Shown: positions 49,980-59,321 of the stretch, piece after piece
Position numbering within the stretch: the stretch's first letter is position 1
How the letters are laid out: each line of letters begins with the position of its first letter
Assembly (NCBI GenBank): GCA_965218795.1
Contig: OZ244653.1
Location: 384,001 to 448,000, forward strand
From: a bacterium
Lineage (GTDB): Bacteria; UBA8248; JACPRG01; G963555815
Length of the DNA stretch: 64,000 nt
Direction of reading: 5' to 3'
Position numbers and translations under genes: made by a program
The notes under the pieces: model-generated
The model's input: the letters and a program-made list of their open reading frames with translations, nothing else
Told to the model about the DNA's origin: nothing
Database searches by the model: none

Positions 49980-52361
49980 ATGTCCACCGACTACGCAGTG
50001 ATTGGCAAGCGGCTCCCGCGGATTGACGCATGGGAGAAGGCCACGGGCGAAGCCGTTTACGTCAGCGATTTCAAGCGGCCGGGGATGCTGACGGCCAAAG
50101 TCCTGCGAAGCGCGATTCCCCACGGCCGAATCCTCGATATCGATACCTCGAAGGCCGAGCGCCTCCCGGGTGTCAAGGCGGTCATCACGGGAAAGGACGG
50201 CCCCGGCGTTTGTTTCGGTGTCACGGACGGCCCCATCGATCAGCTTCCCCTCCAGCCGAAGAAGGTCCGGTTCGTCGGAGACGAGATCGCCGCCGTGGCG
50301 GCCGTCGACGAGAATTCCGCATTGGAAGCCTTATCGTTGATCCAGGTCGATTTTGAGGAGCTTCCGGCCGTCTTCGAGCCGGAAGATGCCTTCTCGGACG
50401 ATGCCATCGAGATCCACGAAGGGAAGAAGCGGAACGTCGCCAAAGACTACCACCGCCAATTCGGCGACATCGATGAGGTCTTCGCCAGGGCGGACCATGT
50501 ATTTGAAGACGAGTATCGGACCCACTACGTCTCGCCGTGCCCGATGGAGCCGCACGGGTGCGTGGCCGATTTCACCAAGGCGGGCCGCTTGACGATTTGG
50601 CCTTCCACCCAGAACGCGCATCCCGCCCGGGAAAGGCTGGCCAAAGTCTTGAACCTGCCCGTTTCTCATGTCCGGGTCATCAACAACCATATTGGGGGGG
50701 CTTTCGGCAGCAAGATCGATATCGAGCCCCTGGAGCCCATCACCGCGCTTTTATCCATGAAGGCCCGCAAGCCCGTGAAGCTCCAGTTCAGTCGGGAGGA
50801 ATACTTCATCTATACCCGCACCCGGCATCCCATGATCATCAATCAGAAGGCGGCCGTGTCGAAGGGCGGCAAGCTTTTGGGGCGGCAGGTCCACATCATC
50901 ACCGACAACGGGGCTTACACGAGTCACGGTCACCGCGTGACCAGTCTTGCAGGGAACACGCCGCCCGTCTTGTATCGGAACCCGGCGTACAAGTTTGACG
51001 CCTATGTCGTATACACGAACAAGCCCTACGGCGGCGCCTACCAAGGGTATGGAAATCCGCAGTCGGCATTCGCCCAGGAGGCCCACTTCAACCGGATCTG
51101 TTCTGAATTGGGCATTGATCCCGTTGAATTCAGACTCAACAACTGTACGCAGGCTGATGATGTAACGGTATCCGGGGCCCAGGTGACGAGCTGTGAGCTC
51201 AGCCGTTGCATCGAGAGGGCGGCGGAAGGCATCGAGTGGAGCAAAAAACACGGCCACCCCGTTCTGGAGGATCGAAAAAAGAAACGGATCCGGCGGGGAT
51301 TGGGGATGGCGCTGGTCTGCCACTCGGCCAGCTCTATCGGTTTGCACGGCCCGGTGAACTTCGGTGAGGCGATCGTCAAGATGGCCGAGGACGGGTCGGT
51401 GACCCTCTTTTCAGGAACCTGCGAGATGGGACAGGGCTTGGGGACCGCCATCTGCACCGTTGTCTCGGAAGAGCTGGGAATCCCGCTTGAGAACGTCAAT
51501 CTGGTTCTCTCGGATACGGAAATTACGCCTCCCGATCTTGGCGTGTATGCCACACGCGGGGTCTTCGTCAGCGGCAACGCGGCCCAGCGCGCCGCCAAGG
51601 AGCTCAAGGGAAAGTTGTTTGAAAACGCGGCGGAGATGCTGGAGTGCAGCCCGGAAGACCTCGAGTGCAGGGACGGCTGCGTCTACGTCCGCTCCAACCC
51701 GGCGGCGAAGACCTCTTTGTCGCAGATTGCCCGGGATTGCTTCTATCAGCGGGGGGCCTCTTTGGTGGGGACCGGGCAGTACAGCTCGGAAGGCAAAGGT
51801 CTGGATCCCGTGACCGGTTACGGCAATTACTGCCCTGCATATATTTTCGGTGCGCAGGCGGTGGAGATTGAGGTGGACTTGGACACGGGGCTGGTCAAGG
51901 TGGTCAAGGTCGTTTCCGCCCACGACGTAGGGCGCCTGTTGAACCCCATCGGCGCGGAAGGGCAGGTGGAGGGCGCTATCTCGCGGGGGCTGGGGATGGC
52001 CCTGTCCGAAGAAATGGTGATGGAAGACGGAAAGCCCCTGAATGCCACCATGTTGAATTACCGGGTTCCGACCATCATGGAGATGCCGGAAATCGTCCCC
52101 ATCTTCATTGAGCAGGAAGAGCAGAACGGCCCCTTCGGCGCGAAGGGGATCGCTGAGCCGGCCCAGGTGCCCACGGCGCCGGCCATCCAGGACGCCCTGC
52201 ATGATGCCCTCGGCATCCGCCTTAACACCACTCCGTTCACGCCGAAGAAGGTCCTGCAAGCCATTGAACGTCAAGGCAAGGCGCAAAGGAATGGCAGGCC
52301 AGGCAATGACAAACCCAAGTCCGGGTCGAACGGCAGCAGCACGAACGGGAAGCACGCCTGA
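49980..52361 (+). CDS. xanthine-dehydrogenase-family molybdopterin subunit (HcrA-like)
   Basis: GGAFGSK, EMGQG, GQVEG, GPFGAKGIAE. Confidence 0.92.
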   Translation: MSTDYAVIGKRLPRIDAWEKATGEAVYVSDFKRPGMLTAKVLRSAIPHGRILDIDTSKAERLPGVKAVITGKDGPGVCFGVTDGPIDQLPLQPKKVRFVGDEIAAVAAVDENSALEALSLIQVDFEELPAVFEPEDAFSDDAIEIHEGKKRNVAKDYHRQFGDIDEVFARADHVFEDEYRTHYVSPCPMEPHGCVADFTKAGRLTIWPSTQNAHPARERLAKVLNLPVSHVRVINNHIGGAFGSKIDIEPLEPITALLSMKARKPVKLQFSREEYFIYTRTRHPMIINQKAAVSKGGKLLGRQVHIITDNGAYTSHGHRVTSLAGNTPPVLYRNPAYKFDAYVVYTNKPYGGAYQGYGNPQSAFAQEAHFNRICSELGIDPVEFRLNNCTQADDVTVSGAQVTSCELSRCIERAAEGIEWSKKHGHPVLEDRKKKRIRRGLGMALVCHSASSIGLHGPVNFGEAIVKMAEDGSVTLFSGTCEMGQGLGTAICTVVSEELGIPLENVNLVLSDTEITPPDLGVYATRGVFVSGNAAQRAAKELKGKLFENAAEMLECSPEDLECRDGCVYVRSNPAAKTSLSQIARDCFYQRGASLVGTGQYSSEGKGLDPVTGYGNYCPAYIFGAQAVEIEVDLDTGLVKVVKVVSAHDVGRLLNPIGAEGQVEGAISRGLGMALSEEMVMEDGKPLNATMLNYRVPTIMEMPEIVPIFIEQEEQNGPFGAKGIAEPAQVPTAPAIQDALHDALGIRLNTTPFTPKKVLQAIERQGKAQRNGRPGNDKPKSGSNGSSTNGKHA

Positions 52362-53350
52362 TGGAAACCTTCGAGCTTCATCAACCCACGGCCCTTGACG
52401 AGGCGCTCGATATCCTGACCCGCCACCGAAACGAGGCCATGATCATGGCGGGGGGGACGGATGTCCTCATCCAGCTTCAGCAAGAGGTCAAGGCGCCCAG
52501 GCACGTGGTCCTTCTCAACCGGATCAAGGAGCTCGACGTGGTCCGATCGACCGAGGACGGCGGACTCGTCATCGGGGCGGGGGTTCGTTTGTCCGACGTC
52601 GAGCATTCCCCCCTCATCCAAGAGCAGTTCCCGGTTCTTGCGCAGTCGGCAGCCCACGTCGCGTCTCCCTTGATTCGCCAGACGGCCACCCTCGGAGGAA
52701 ACATCTGCCTCGACAACAAATGCTGGTACTACGATCAGACCGCTCATTGGAAGGAATCTCATCATCATTGCTTCAAGCATGACGGGGACATCTGTCATGT
52801 GGTCAAAGGCGGTGAGATTTGTTACGCAATCTCCAATTCCGACACGGCCACCGCCCTCATCGCGCTCCGGGCTGAAATCAAGGTGATTGGAGGGGAAGGT
52901 GAGCGGGTCATTCCGCTGACCGAATTGTATACGGGCATCGGCGAGACGCCCATCGGTCTGGAGCCGAATGAAATGGTTATCGAGATCAGGGTCCCTCTGC
53001 CCAAACCCTCGACGGGCAGCAATTACCAACGGCTGGCGACACGGGGCGCGATTGATTTCGCCTTTGCCTGCGCCGCTGCGGTCGTGTCGCTTGACGCGGA
53101 TGGAGAGAGCTGCGCCGATGTCCGGATTTGCGTGAACAGCGTGTCCATGAAACCGGTGGACGCGGTGAAGGGGGCCTCGTTGCTGATTGGAAAGAAGCCC
53201 ACGGATGAATTGATGGAAGCCGCGGCCAAGGAGGCTTCCAAGGAATCGCGCCCGTTCAGCGACATCGAAAAGCTGGCGGGATACCGCAGCAAAATGACTC
53301 GGGTGATCGTGCGTCGGGTGTTGGAGGCGGCATACGAGGCGGCTGCCTAG
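52361..53350 (+). CDS. FAD subunit with extra [4Fe-4S] insertion (HcrB-like)
   Basis: AGGTD, ATLGGNI, insertion C-x15-C-x7-C-x8-C. Confidence 0.9.
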   Translation: METFELHQPTALDEALDILTRHRNEAMIMAGGTDVLIQLQQEVKAPRHVVLLNRIKELDVVRSTEDGGLVIGAGVRLSDVEHSPLIQEQFPVLAQSAAHVASPLIRQTATLGGNICLDNKCWYYDQTAHWKESHHHCFKHDGDICHVVKGGEICYAISNSDTATALIALRAEIKVIGGEGERVIPLTELYTGIGETPIGLEPNEMVIEIRVPLPKPSTGSNYQRLATRGAIDFAFACAAAVVSLDADGESCADVRICVNSVSMKPVDAVKGASLLIGKKPTDELMEAAAKEASKESRPFSDIEKLAGYRSKMTRVIVRRVLEAAYEAAA

Positions 53351-53482
53351 CCCTTCTTTCGAATTTCCAGAGACAAGTTGGTATAATCGCCCGGTTCGGC
53401 TTTGTTTGATAATTTCTGTACGGCGCGTCAGGCCGTTCGGGGATGATGCGAATCCAATCCTGTTCTGGGAGAACGTGTAAAG

Positions 53483-54187
53483 ATGGGTCTGGATCAGAAG
53501 GCGATGGGGGTTCTGAAGCTCTACCTTTGGGATTATCCCATCGAGGACAACAAGTGGCATCTGTTCGACAAGTGGGGTATCCAGCAACAGCCCTGGGCCG
53601 AGCGTGAAGGGAAGCGGGGGTACCTATACCGGTATCGTGAGGATGGGTCGGAACTTGTCCGAGCCGTCATCGTGAATTATTTCGACCCCCCCAAACCGTT
53701 GGCCCCCGGCCAGAAAGAGAAACGAACGGCGATGGACGAAGAAGAAGACGACGAGCGTCCCGCCGTTCTCGCGGTGCTGCCCTACATCAATTGCGTCACG
53801 TGGCACCCGGAGTCTCAGGATCAGGTCAATCATTTCCTGGAGGAGACCTTCCACTTTTTCCATCCGGAGGGGAACGGCCGTTTCGTGTTGGGGTATCGCC
53901 GGACCGGGCTGTCCCACTGGACGGAAAGCAGTGCCGACTTGAACGTCTCCGATGAGGGGCTGAATCCCTTTATCCAGGAACGACTTCGGGAAATCCGAGA
54001 CGAAAAGGTGGCAACAGCCATCGCAGAAGCGCAATTGTCCACGGATGCCGCGGGAGAGGGTGAAATGTTGGGCGGTGTGCGTGCGATCTTCGAAACTACG
54101 GATCACATCAAGCCCTACTGGAAGACGATGGAGATTTATGAGATGCCCGGGCCGTTCAATCTGGCCATCTTTCCCAAAGACGCCTGA
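53483..54187 (+). CDS. hypothetical protein
   Basis: 234-aa ORF with genome-like codon usage and GGGAG RBS; no family recognised. Confidence 0.75.
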   Translation: MGLDQKAMGVLKLYLWDYPIEDNKWHLFDKWGIQQQPWAEREGKRGYLYRYREDGSELVRAVIVNYFDPPKPLAPGQKEKRTAMDEEEDDERPAVLAVLPYINCVTWHPESQDQVNHFLEETFHFFHPEGNGRFVLGYRRTGLSHWTESSADLNVSDEGLNPFIQERLREIRDEKVATAIAEAQLSTDAAGEGEMLGGVRAIFETTDHIKPYWKTMEIYEMPGPFNLAIFPKDA

Positions 54188-54556
54188 CCCGGACGGCTTT
54201 CCCCGCCTTCGTGCCGGATGAAACGGACCCACCCAGACGAGCGAGCAAAAAAGTCAGTCACTCCAACAGGCTGGGCGCGATGCCCGGCCTGTTGAGCTTG
54301 GGTCGCTATTTCCTGAAACCAACGGAATCATGGCCTATGGGGACAAGATCGACCCAGGCCGACGGTCGGTCTCCTCGAAATGATTCCGGATTTCTCCCGA
54401 TTCGGGAACACATCGGGGCACTGTCGGCTGCGGTTCCTTAATTTCTTCCTCGGAAAGCCTGTGGTATGGAGGAGGAAAGGATTTCTCCATGAGCGGCCAT
54501 CGGGTTCCGGCTCCCGCCGCATTTCGGTCGTGATGGAAAATTCTGTTTGAAGGGAT

Positions 54557-55651
54557 ATGTCGATGCGCTCGATTCGAAGTGATGTAATCGGTAGCCTCTT
54601 GCGCCCTGATGATTTGAAAGCGGCGCGGGAGAAGCTTGAGGCCGGCGGCCTCTCGCACGCGGAATTCAAACGGATTGAAGACCGGGCCGTGGATGAGGCG
54701 GTTGAACTTCAGGAGAGAGCGGGGCTCGATGTCGTCACGGACGGCGAGATGAGGCGCTATGCCTTCTTCGGCCACCTGGTCGATGCCGTGGAGGGGTTCG
54801 ACAAATTCGGTGGTTGGGCCATCCCGTTTCGGAATGAGGAAGGGGAGGAGCTGACCTATCGTCGGCCGGTCGTGGTTTCAAAGCTGGTTCGCAAGCGGCA
54901 TCTCTGCGCCGAGGAGATGGTCTATCTCCGCGCCAGGACCGATCGTTTCGTCAAGGCCACCTTCATCAGCGCCCAGCAATCCGCCGCCTATTATGACGCT
55001 GAGAAGTCCAAAGGGGCTTACGCAACGATGGACGCCTACCTCGCCGACATCGTGGACATCCTTCGGAGCGAGGTGGACGAGCTCATCCGGCTGGGCTGCA
55101 CGTATATCCAGATTGACGGCCCTCAGTACGCGGCCCTGATCGATCCGGAAATTCGAGAGGGATACCGAAAGCGCGGGAACGACCCCGACCGTCTCATCGA
55201 TACCTGCATCGAGATGGATAACGCCGTCATCGACGGACGCTCCGAGGCGGAGTTCGGCCTTCACATCTGTCGGGGGAATAATCAGAGTAAATTCTACGCA
55301 AGCGGCGGTTATGATCCCATTGCCGCGAAGGTCTTCGAGAAGACTCATTTCAATCGGTTCCTGTTGGAATATGACGACGAGCGCTCCGGCGGATTTGAGC
55401 CGCTGCAACAGGTGCCGGAGGATCGGACCGCCGTCCTGGGTCTGGTGAGCTCGAAAAAGTCCGCGTTGGAATCCCGGGATGAGCTGAAGGAGCGCATCCG
55501 TGAAGCCCAGAACTTCATCCCGCTCGAACGGCTCGCGCTGAGCCCTCAGTGCGGATTCGCCTCCACGTGGGAGGGGAACGAGCTCACGCCGGATGAGCAG
55601 GAGGCCAAGCTCCGGTTGGTATCTGAAACGGCCAAAGAGGTTTGGGGTTAA
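54557..55651 (+). CDS. cobalamin-independent methionine synthase II family protein (copy 1)
   Basis: GSLLRP, TDGEMRR, Zn ligands HICRGN / LLEYD / QCGF. Confidence 0.92.
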   Translation: MSMRSIRSDVIGSLLRPDDLKAAREKLEAGGLSHAEFKRIEDRAVDEAVELQERAGLDVVTDGEMRRYAFFGHLVDAVEGFDKFGGWAIPFRNEEGEELTYRRPVVVSKLVRKRHLCAEEMVYLRARTDRFVKATFISAQQSAAYYDAEKSKGAYATMDAYLADIVDILRSEVDELIRLGCTYIQIDGPQYAALIDPEIREGYRKRGNDPDRLIDTCIEMDNAVIDGRSEAEFGLHICRGNNQSKFYASGGYDPIAAKVFEKTHFNRFLLEYDDERSGGFEPLQQVPEDRTAVLGLVSSKKSALESRDELKERIREAQNFIPLERLALSPQCGFASTWEGNELTPDEQEAKLRLVSETAKEVWG

Positions 55652-55727
55652 CGGTTCCGGGGGGATCGGAAGGGTGGGATCCGGGCGGGCGGCGGCGAAC
55701 CTCCGGGTCAGCCTGCGGGAGACGGAG

Positions 55728-56825
55728 ATGGCTGAAATGCGAAGTGATGTGATCGGCAGCCTTCTTCGGCCGGAATATCTCAAGGAGGCGCGTCAACGCC
55801 TGGCCGCCGGGGAAATCTCGGATCCCGGGTTCAAACGGATCGAAGACCGGGCAGTAGACGAAGCGGTGGATCTCCAATTGCGGTCGGGCGTGGATGTGAT
55901 CACCGACGGCGAGATGCGGCGATACGCCTTCTTTGGCCATTTCGTCGATGCGATGGAAGGTTTCGACAAGCTGGGCGGCAAGCAGATCACCTACCGGAAC
56001 GGGGAAGGAGAGAAGCATTCCTACGCCCGCCCCGTCGTCGTGGGACCGCTCAAGCCCCGCCGCCACCTGTGCGCCGAGGAATTCTCCTATATGAGAGTCC
56101 GGGCTGGAGGAAGCGGGAAGACCATCAAGACCACCCTGATTAACGCCCAGCAGGCCGCCTCCTATTATGAACCGGAGAAATCGAAGGACGCTTATCCTAC
56201 CGTGGACGCCTACATGGCCGATGTCGTGGACATCCTTCGCCGGGAAGTGGAGGAGCTGATTCGGCTGGGTTGTCAATACATCCAGGTGGATGCTCCCCAG
56301 TATGCCGCCTTGATCGACCCGGAGATGCGCAAGATGTACGAAGAGCGGGGGATCGACCCCGACCGCACGATCGACATGTGCATCGAGCGCGATAACGCCA
56401 TTGTGGAAGGATTTTCCGAGGCCACCTTCGGCGTCCATCTTTGCCGGGGGAACAACCAGAGCAAGTTTTACGCGAGCGGCGGATACGATTTCGTAGCCGG
56501 GAAGCTGTTCCGAAAAATTCGATTCGATCGGTTTCTGCTGGAATACGACGACGAGCGGTCCGGGGGATTCGAGCCGCTGAAAGAGGTCCCCGAGGATCGA
56601 ACGGTGGTGCTGGGTCTCGTCACCACGAAGACGGGCCTGCTCGAGAGCAGTGAGCAATTGAAAGCCAGAATCCGGGAAGCGGAGCGCTATATCCCTCGGG
56701 AGCGTTTGGCCCTGAGCGCCCAGTGCGGGTTCGCCTCGGTGATCGAAGGCAACCTGCTGACGGTCGAAGAGGAGGAGTCCAAACTTCGATTGATTGCCGA
56801 GACGGCTGGTGAGGTCTGGAGATGA
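55728..56825 (+). CDS. cobalamin-independent methionine synthase II family protein (copy 2)
   Basis: Start MAEMRSD; GSLLRP, HLCRGN, LLEYD, QCGF. Confidence 0.92.
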   Translation: MAEMRSDVIGSLLRPEYLKEARQRLAAGEISDPGFKRIEDRAVDEAVDLQLRSGVDVITDGEMRRYAFFGHFVDAMEGFDKLGGKQITYRNGEGEKHSYARPVVVGPLKPRRHLCAEEFSYMRVRAGGSGKTIKTTLINAQQAASYYEPEKSKDAYPTVDAYMADVVDILRREVEELIRLGCQYIQVDAPQYAALIDPEMRKMYEERGIDPDRTIDMCIERDNAIVEGFSEATFGVHLCRGNNQSKFYASGGYDFVAGKLFRKIRFDRFLLEYDDERSGGFEPLKEVPEDRTVVLGLVTTKTGLLESSEQLKARIREAERYIPRERLALSAQCGFASVIEGNLLTVEEEESKLRLIAETAGEVWR

Positions 56826-57922
56826 GGAAAATTCGAAGCGATGTCGTCGGCAGTATGCTCCGGCCCGCGTACCTCCTGCAGGCGCGCAAGCGCTATGAGG
56901 ACGGAGAGATCGGCCATCCGGAATTCAAAGAGACTGAAGACCGGGCGGTCGATGAAGCCGTTGGGATGCAGGAAAGGGTCGGACTGGATGTGATCTCCGA
57001 CGGCGAGCTCCGGCGCTATTCTTTTTACGGTCATCTGATCGATTCCTTGGATGGGTTTGACAAATTCGGCGGCTGGGCGATCAAGTTCAAGTATGAAGGG
57101 GGCGGGGAAAAGGAGGTGAAGCGGCCCCTCGTCGTCTCCAAGCTTCGGCGCAACCGCCATCTGTGCGCGGAGGACTTCACGTACCTTCGCGCGCGCGTGA
57201 GCGGAACCGAGCGATTGCTCAAGGCTACCTTGATCAGCGCCCAGCAGGCCTCTGCCTTTTACGACGGCGAGAAATCAAAGGTCGCCTATCCCGATGTTGA
57301 CGCCTACTTGGCTGATATTGTAGACATCCTGCGCGATGAGGTTCGGGAGTTGATCCGCCTGGGGTGCTCTTACATCCAGGTGGATGCGCCCCAGTATGCG
57401 GCTCTTTTGGACCCCGCGTTGCGGGAAGGGTACCGGAAGCGGGGAAACGACCCGGACCGCCTCATCGACCTCTGCATCGAAATGGACAACGCTGTCATCG
57501 AAGGACACTCGGGCGCGACCTTCGCGATGCACATCTGTCGCGGTAACGCATGGGGCGGATTCTACGCGAGCGGGGGATATGAGCCCATTGCCAAAATCTT
57601 CTCCAAGACGAACTTTTCGCGGTACCTTCTCGAGTACGACGACGAGCGTTCCGGTGGATTCGAGGTATTGGGAAAATTGCCCGAGGACCGGACGGTCGCC
57701 CTGGGTCTCGTGACAACGAAAAACCCCCGCTTGGAGAGCAAAGCCGAACTGAAGGCGCGGATCGAAGAGGCGTCTCATTACATGCCGCTCGAGCGCCTCT
57801 CCCTGAGCACCCAGTGCGGGTTTGCCTCGGAAATGGCGGGCGGACCGCTCACCCTTGAGGACGAGGAAGCCAAGCTTCGTCTTGTCGTGGAAACGGCGGA
57901 GGAGGTGTGGGGTTACGGATGA
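56822..57922 (+). CDS. cobalamin-independent methionine synthase II family protein (copy 3)
   Basis: GSMLRP, SDGELRR, HICRGN, LLEYD, QCGF; ATGA overlap with copy 2. Confidence 0.92.
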   Translation: MRKIRSDVVGSMLRPAYLLQARKRYEDGEIGHPEFKETEDRAVDEAVGMQERVGLDVISDGELRRYSFYGHLIDSLDGFDKFGGWAIKFKYEGGGEKEVKRPLVVSKLRRNRHLCAEDFTYLRARVSGTERLLKATLISAQQASAFYDGEKSKVAYPDVDAYLADIVDILRDEVRELIRLGCSYIQVDAPQYAALLDPALREGYRKRGNDPDRLIDLCIEMDNAVIEGHSGATFAMHICRGNAWGGFYASGGYEPIAKIFSKTNFSRYLLEYDDERSGGFEVLGKLPEDRTVALGLVTTKNPRLESKAELKARIEEASHYMPLERLSLSTQCGFASEMAGGPLTLEDEEAKLRLVVETAEEVWGYG

Positions 57923-58151
57923 ACCTGGGCGATCTGACAGTCTTGAGCGACTCGGGTCAATGATTCTTTGGTCTGCGTCTCCGATGCCGTCCTGCAGGAT
58001 TCGCTCAAAGTATGGAGAGCCCCGATTATCCGGTGGGACGGTTTCAATTACTGAGGTTCTCTCCCCTTGCAACGATGAGCCGAACCCCTGACGTCAGAAG
58101 CGGCCGGGAGCGGGGAAGGGGAATCGATGGCCTGGATCCTCCGAACCACTC

Positions 58152-58179
58152 GGGAGGCTGTATGCGCCTCCTGTTTTTT
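58152..58179 (+). terminator. intrinsic terminator
   Basis: GGAGGC-7 nt-GCCTCC followed by TGTTTTTT. Confidence 0.7.
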
Positions 58180-58293
58180 GCGTATATGCAGGAGACACGG
58201 TCGAGGCCGGTCCTTGATCGCCGGGCTCTGATTTTAAAGTAAATGGACCGCCCCGTGCGGGTCATCCCGTTTTTTCCGATGGAGGTGAAGGTC

Positions 58294-58980
58294 ATGGCGG
58301 ATTTGCCAAACATCGATGTCTTTCACGAGTATCACTGACCTTGGGCGTACATGGCCTCGGCGAGGCTGAAAGCGATCTTCCCGGAGTATCAAGACAAGCT
58401 CACGATTCACTACAGAGCTTTTCCGCTCGACGTGATTAACGGGGGCCCCCTTCCCCGGTTTATCGTTGAACAGGAATGGCCGCACGTCGCCAATGAGGAG
58501 CCTTTGTGCGAGTTCCGTCCGTGGAACAACCGGGGCTATCCGGATTCAAGCCTGATGGCGTTTGAGGCGTACGAGTGCGGATACGCGCAGGACCCGGCCA
58601 AGGCGTTCGATCTGGACTACCGCATTCGCAGGGCTTTTTATTTCGAGAGCCGCTGGGTTCATTTGAGAAACACCCTATTGGAGATTGCGGAAGAAGCGGG
58701 CCTGGATATGAAGCGTTTTACTGACGACTTCGACACCGGCCGGTACAAGGCGCGGATCATGATCGACTGCAATGAGGCCCTGCGGAAACGCGACGAAGAG
58801 GATCGGCCGATGACCAGTCCGACGCTCATCCTTCCGAATGACGAGTTCTATTACAATCCCTTCGCCACGGAAAAGATCTTCGATGAGAACAAGGTGATGA
58901 TTGTCACCAAGGCTGCCGAAAAGACCGGCGAGGCGGCGCTGGAAGGATACCGGAAAATTCTGGACGGGGCCCTGGCGTGA
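58294..58980 (+). CDS. DsbA/FrnE-like thioredoxin-fold selenoprotein, Sec at TGA 58336-58338
   Basis: GGAGG RBS, ATG 58294: MADLPNIDVFHEYH-TGA-PWAYMASARL, in frame with the 58351 ORF; TGA is at the Cys of the CPW motif; later cis-Pro motif TSPT. Confidence 0.85.
58353..58367 (+). promoter_or_regulatory. putative bacterial SECIS hairpin
   Basis: GGCCTC-GGC-GAGGCT; loop starts 20 nt after TGA and begins with G. Confidence 0.65.
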
Positions 58981-59321
58981 GCGTCTCGTTTCGCCGCTCC
59001 GTTCTCATGGGTTGCGGGGCGTCCGAAGTCGAGCTGAAAGAGCGCCTGTCCTGCACGGAAAATCCGTTTGAGCATCCGGACGCTCCCATTTCGCTTCTCC
59101 TGGAAGATGACCATCCCTGACGATTTCCTCGGTCGTCGCCATGCTTGAATCCTTCCCTCAGGGGGCGGAAAATGCCCATGAACCGGTTCAGCGGAACGCC
59201 TCGCCGGTTTCAAATTGAAGGAGTTGCCCGATATTCCCATGCGATGCCCTTTCATACCCGTTTTATTTTCAGCTGGTATGACAGGTGCAGGGTATTCCGG
59301 TTCGGATTTTGAAGGACAGAC

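Noticed and set aside
49463-53350. Aerobic CO dehydrogenase (coxMSL)
   Set aside because: No AYxCSFR motif, and the gene order differs.
54557-57922. Assembly artefact duplication of the MetE-II gene
   Set aside because: The copies differ throughout at nucleotide and protein level, so they are true paralogs.
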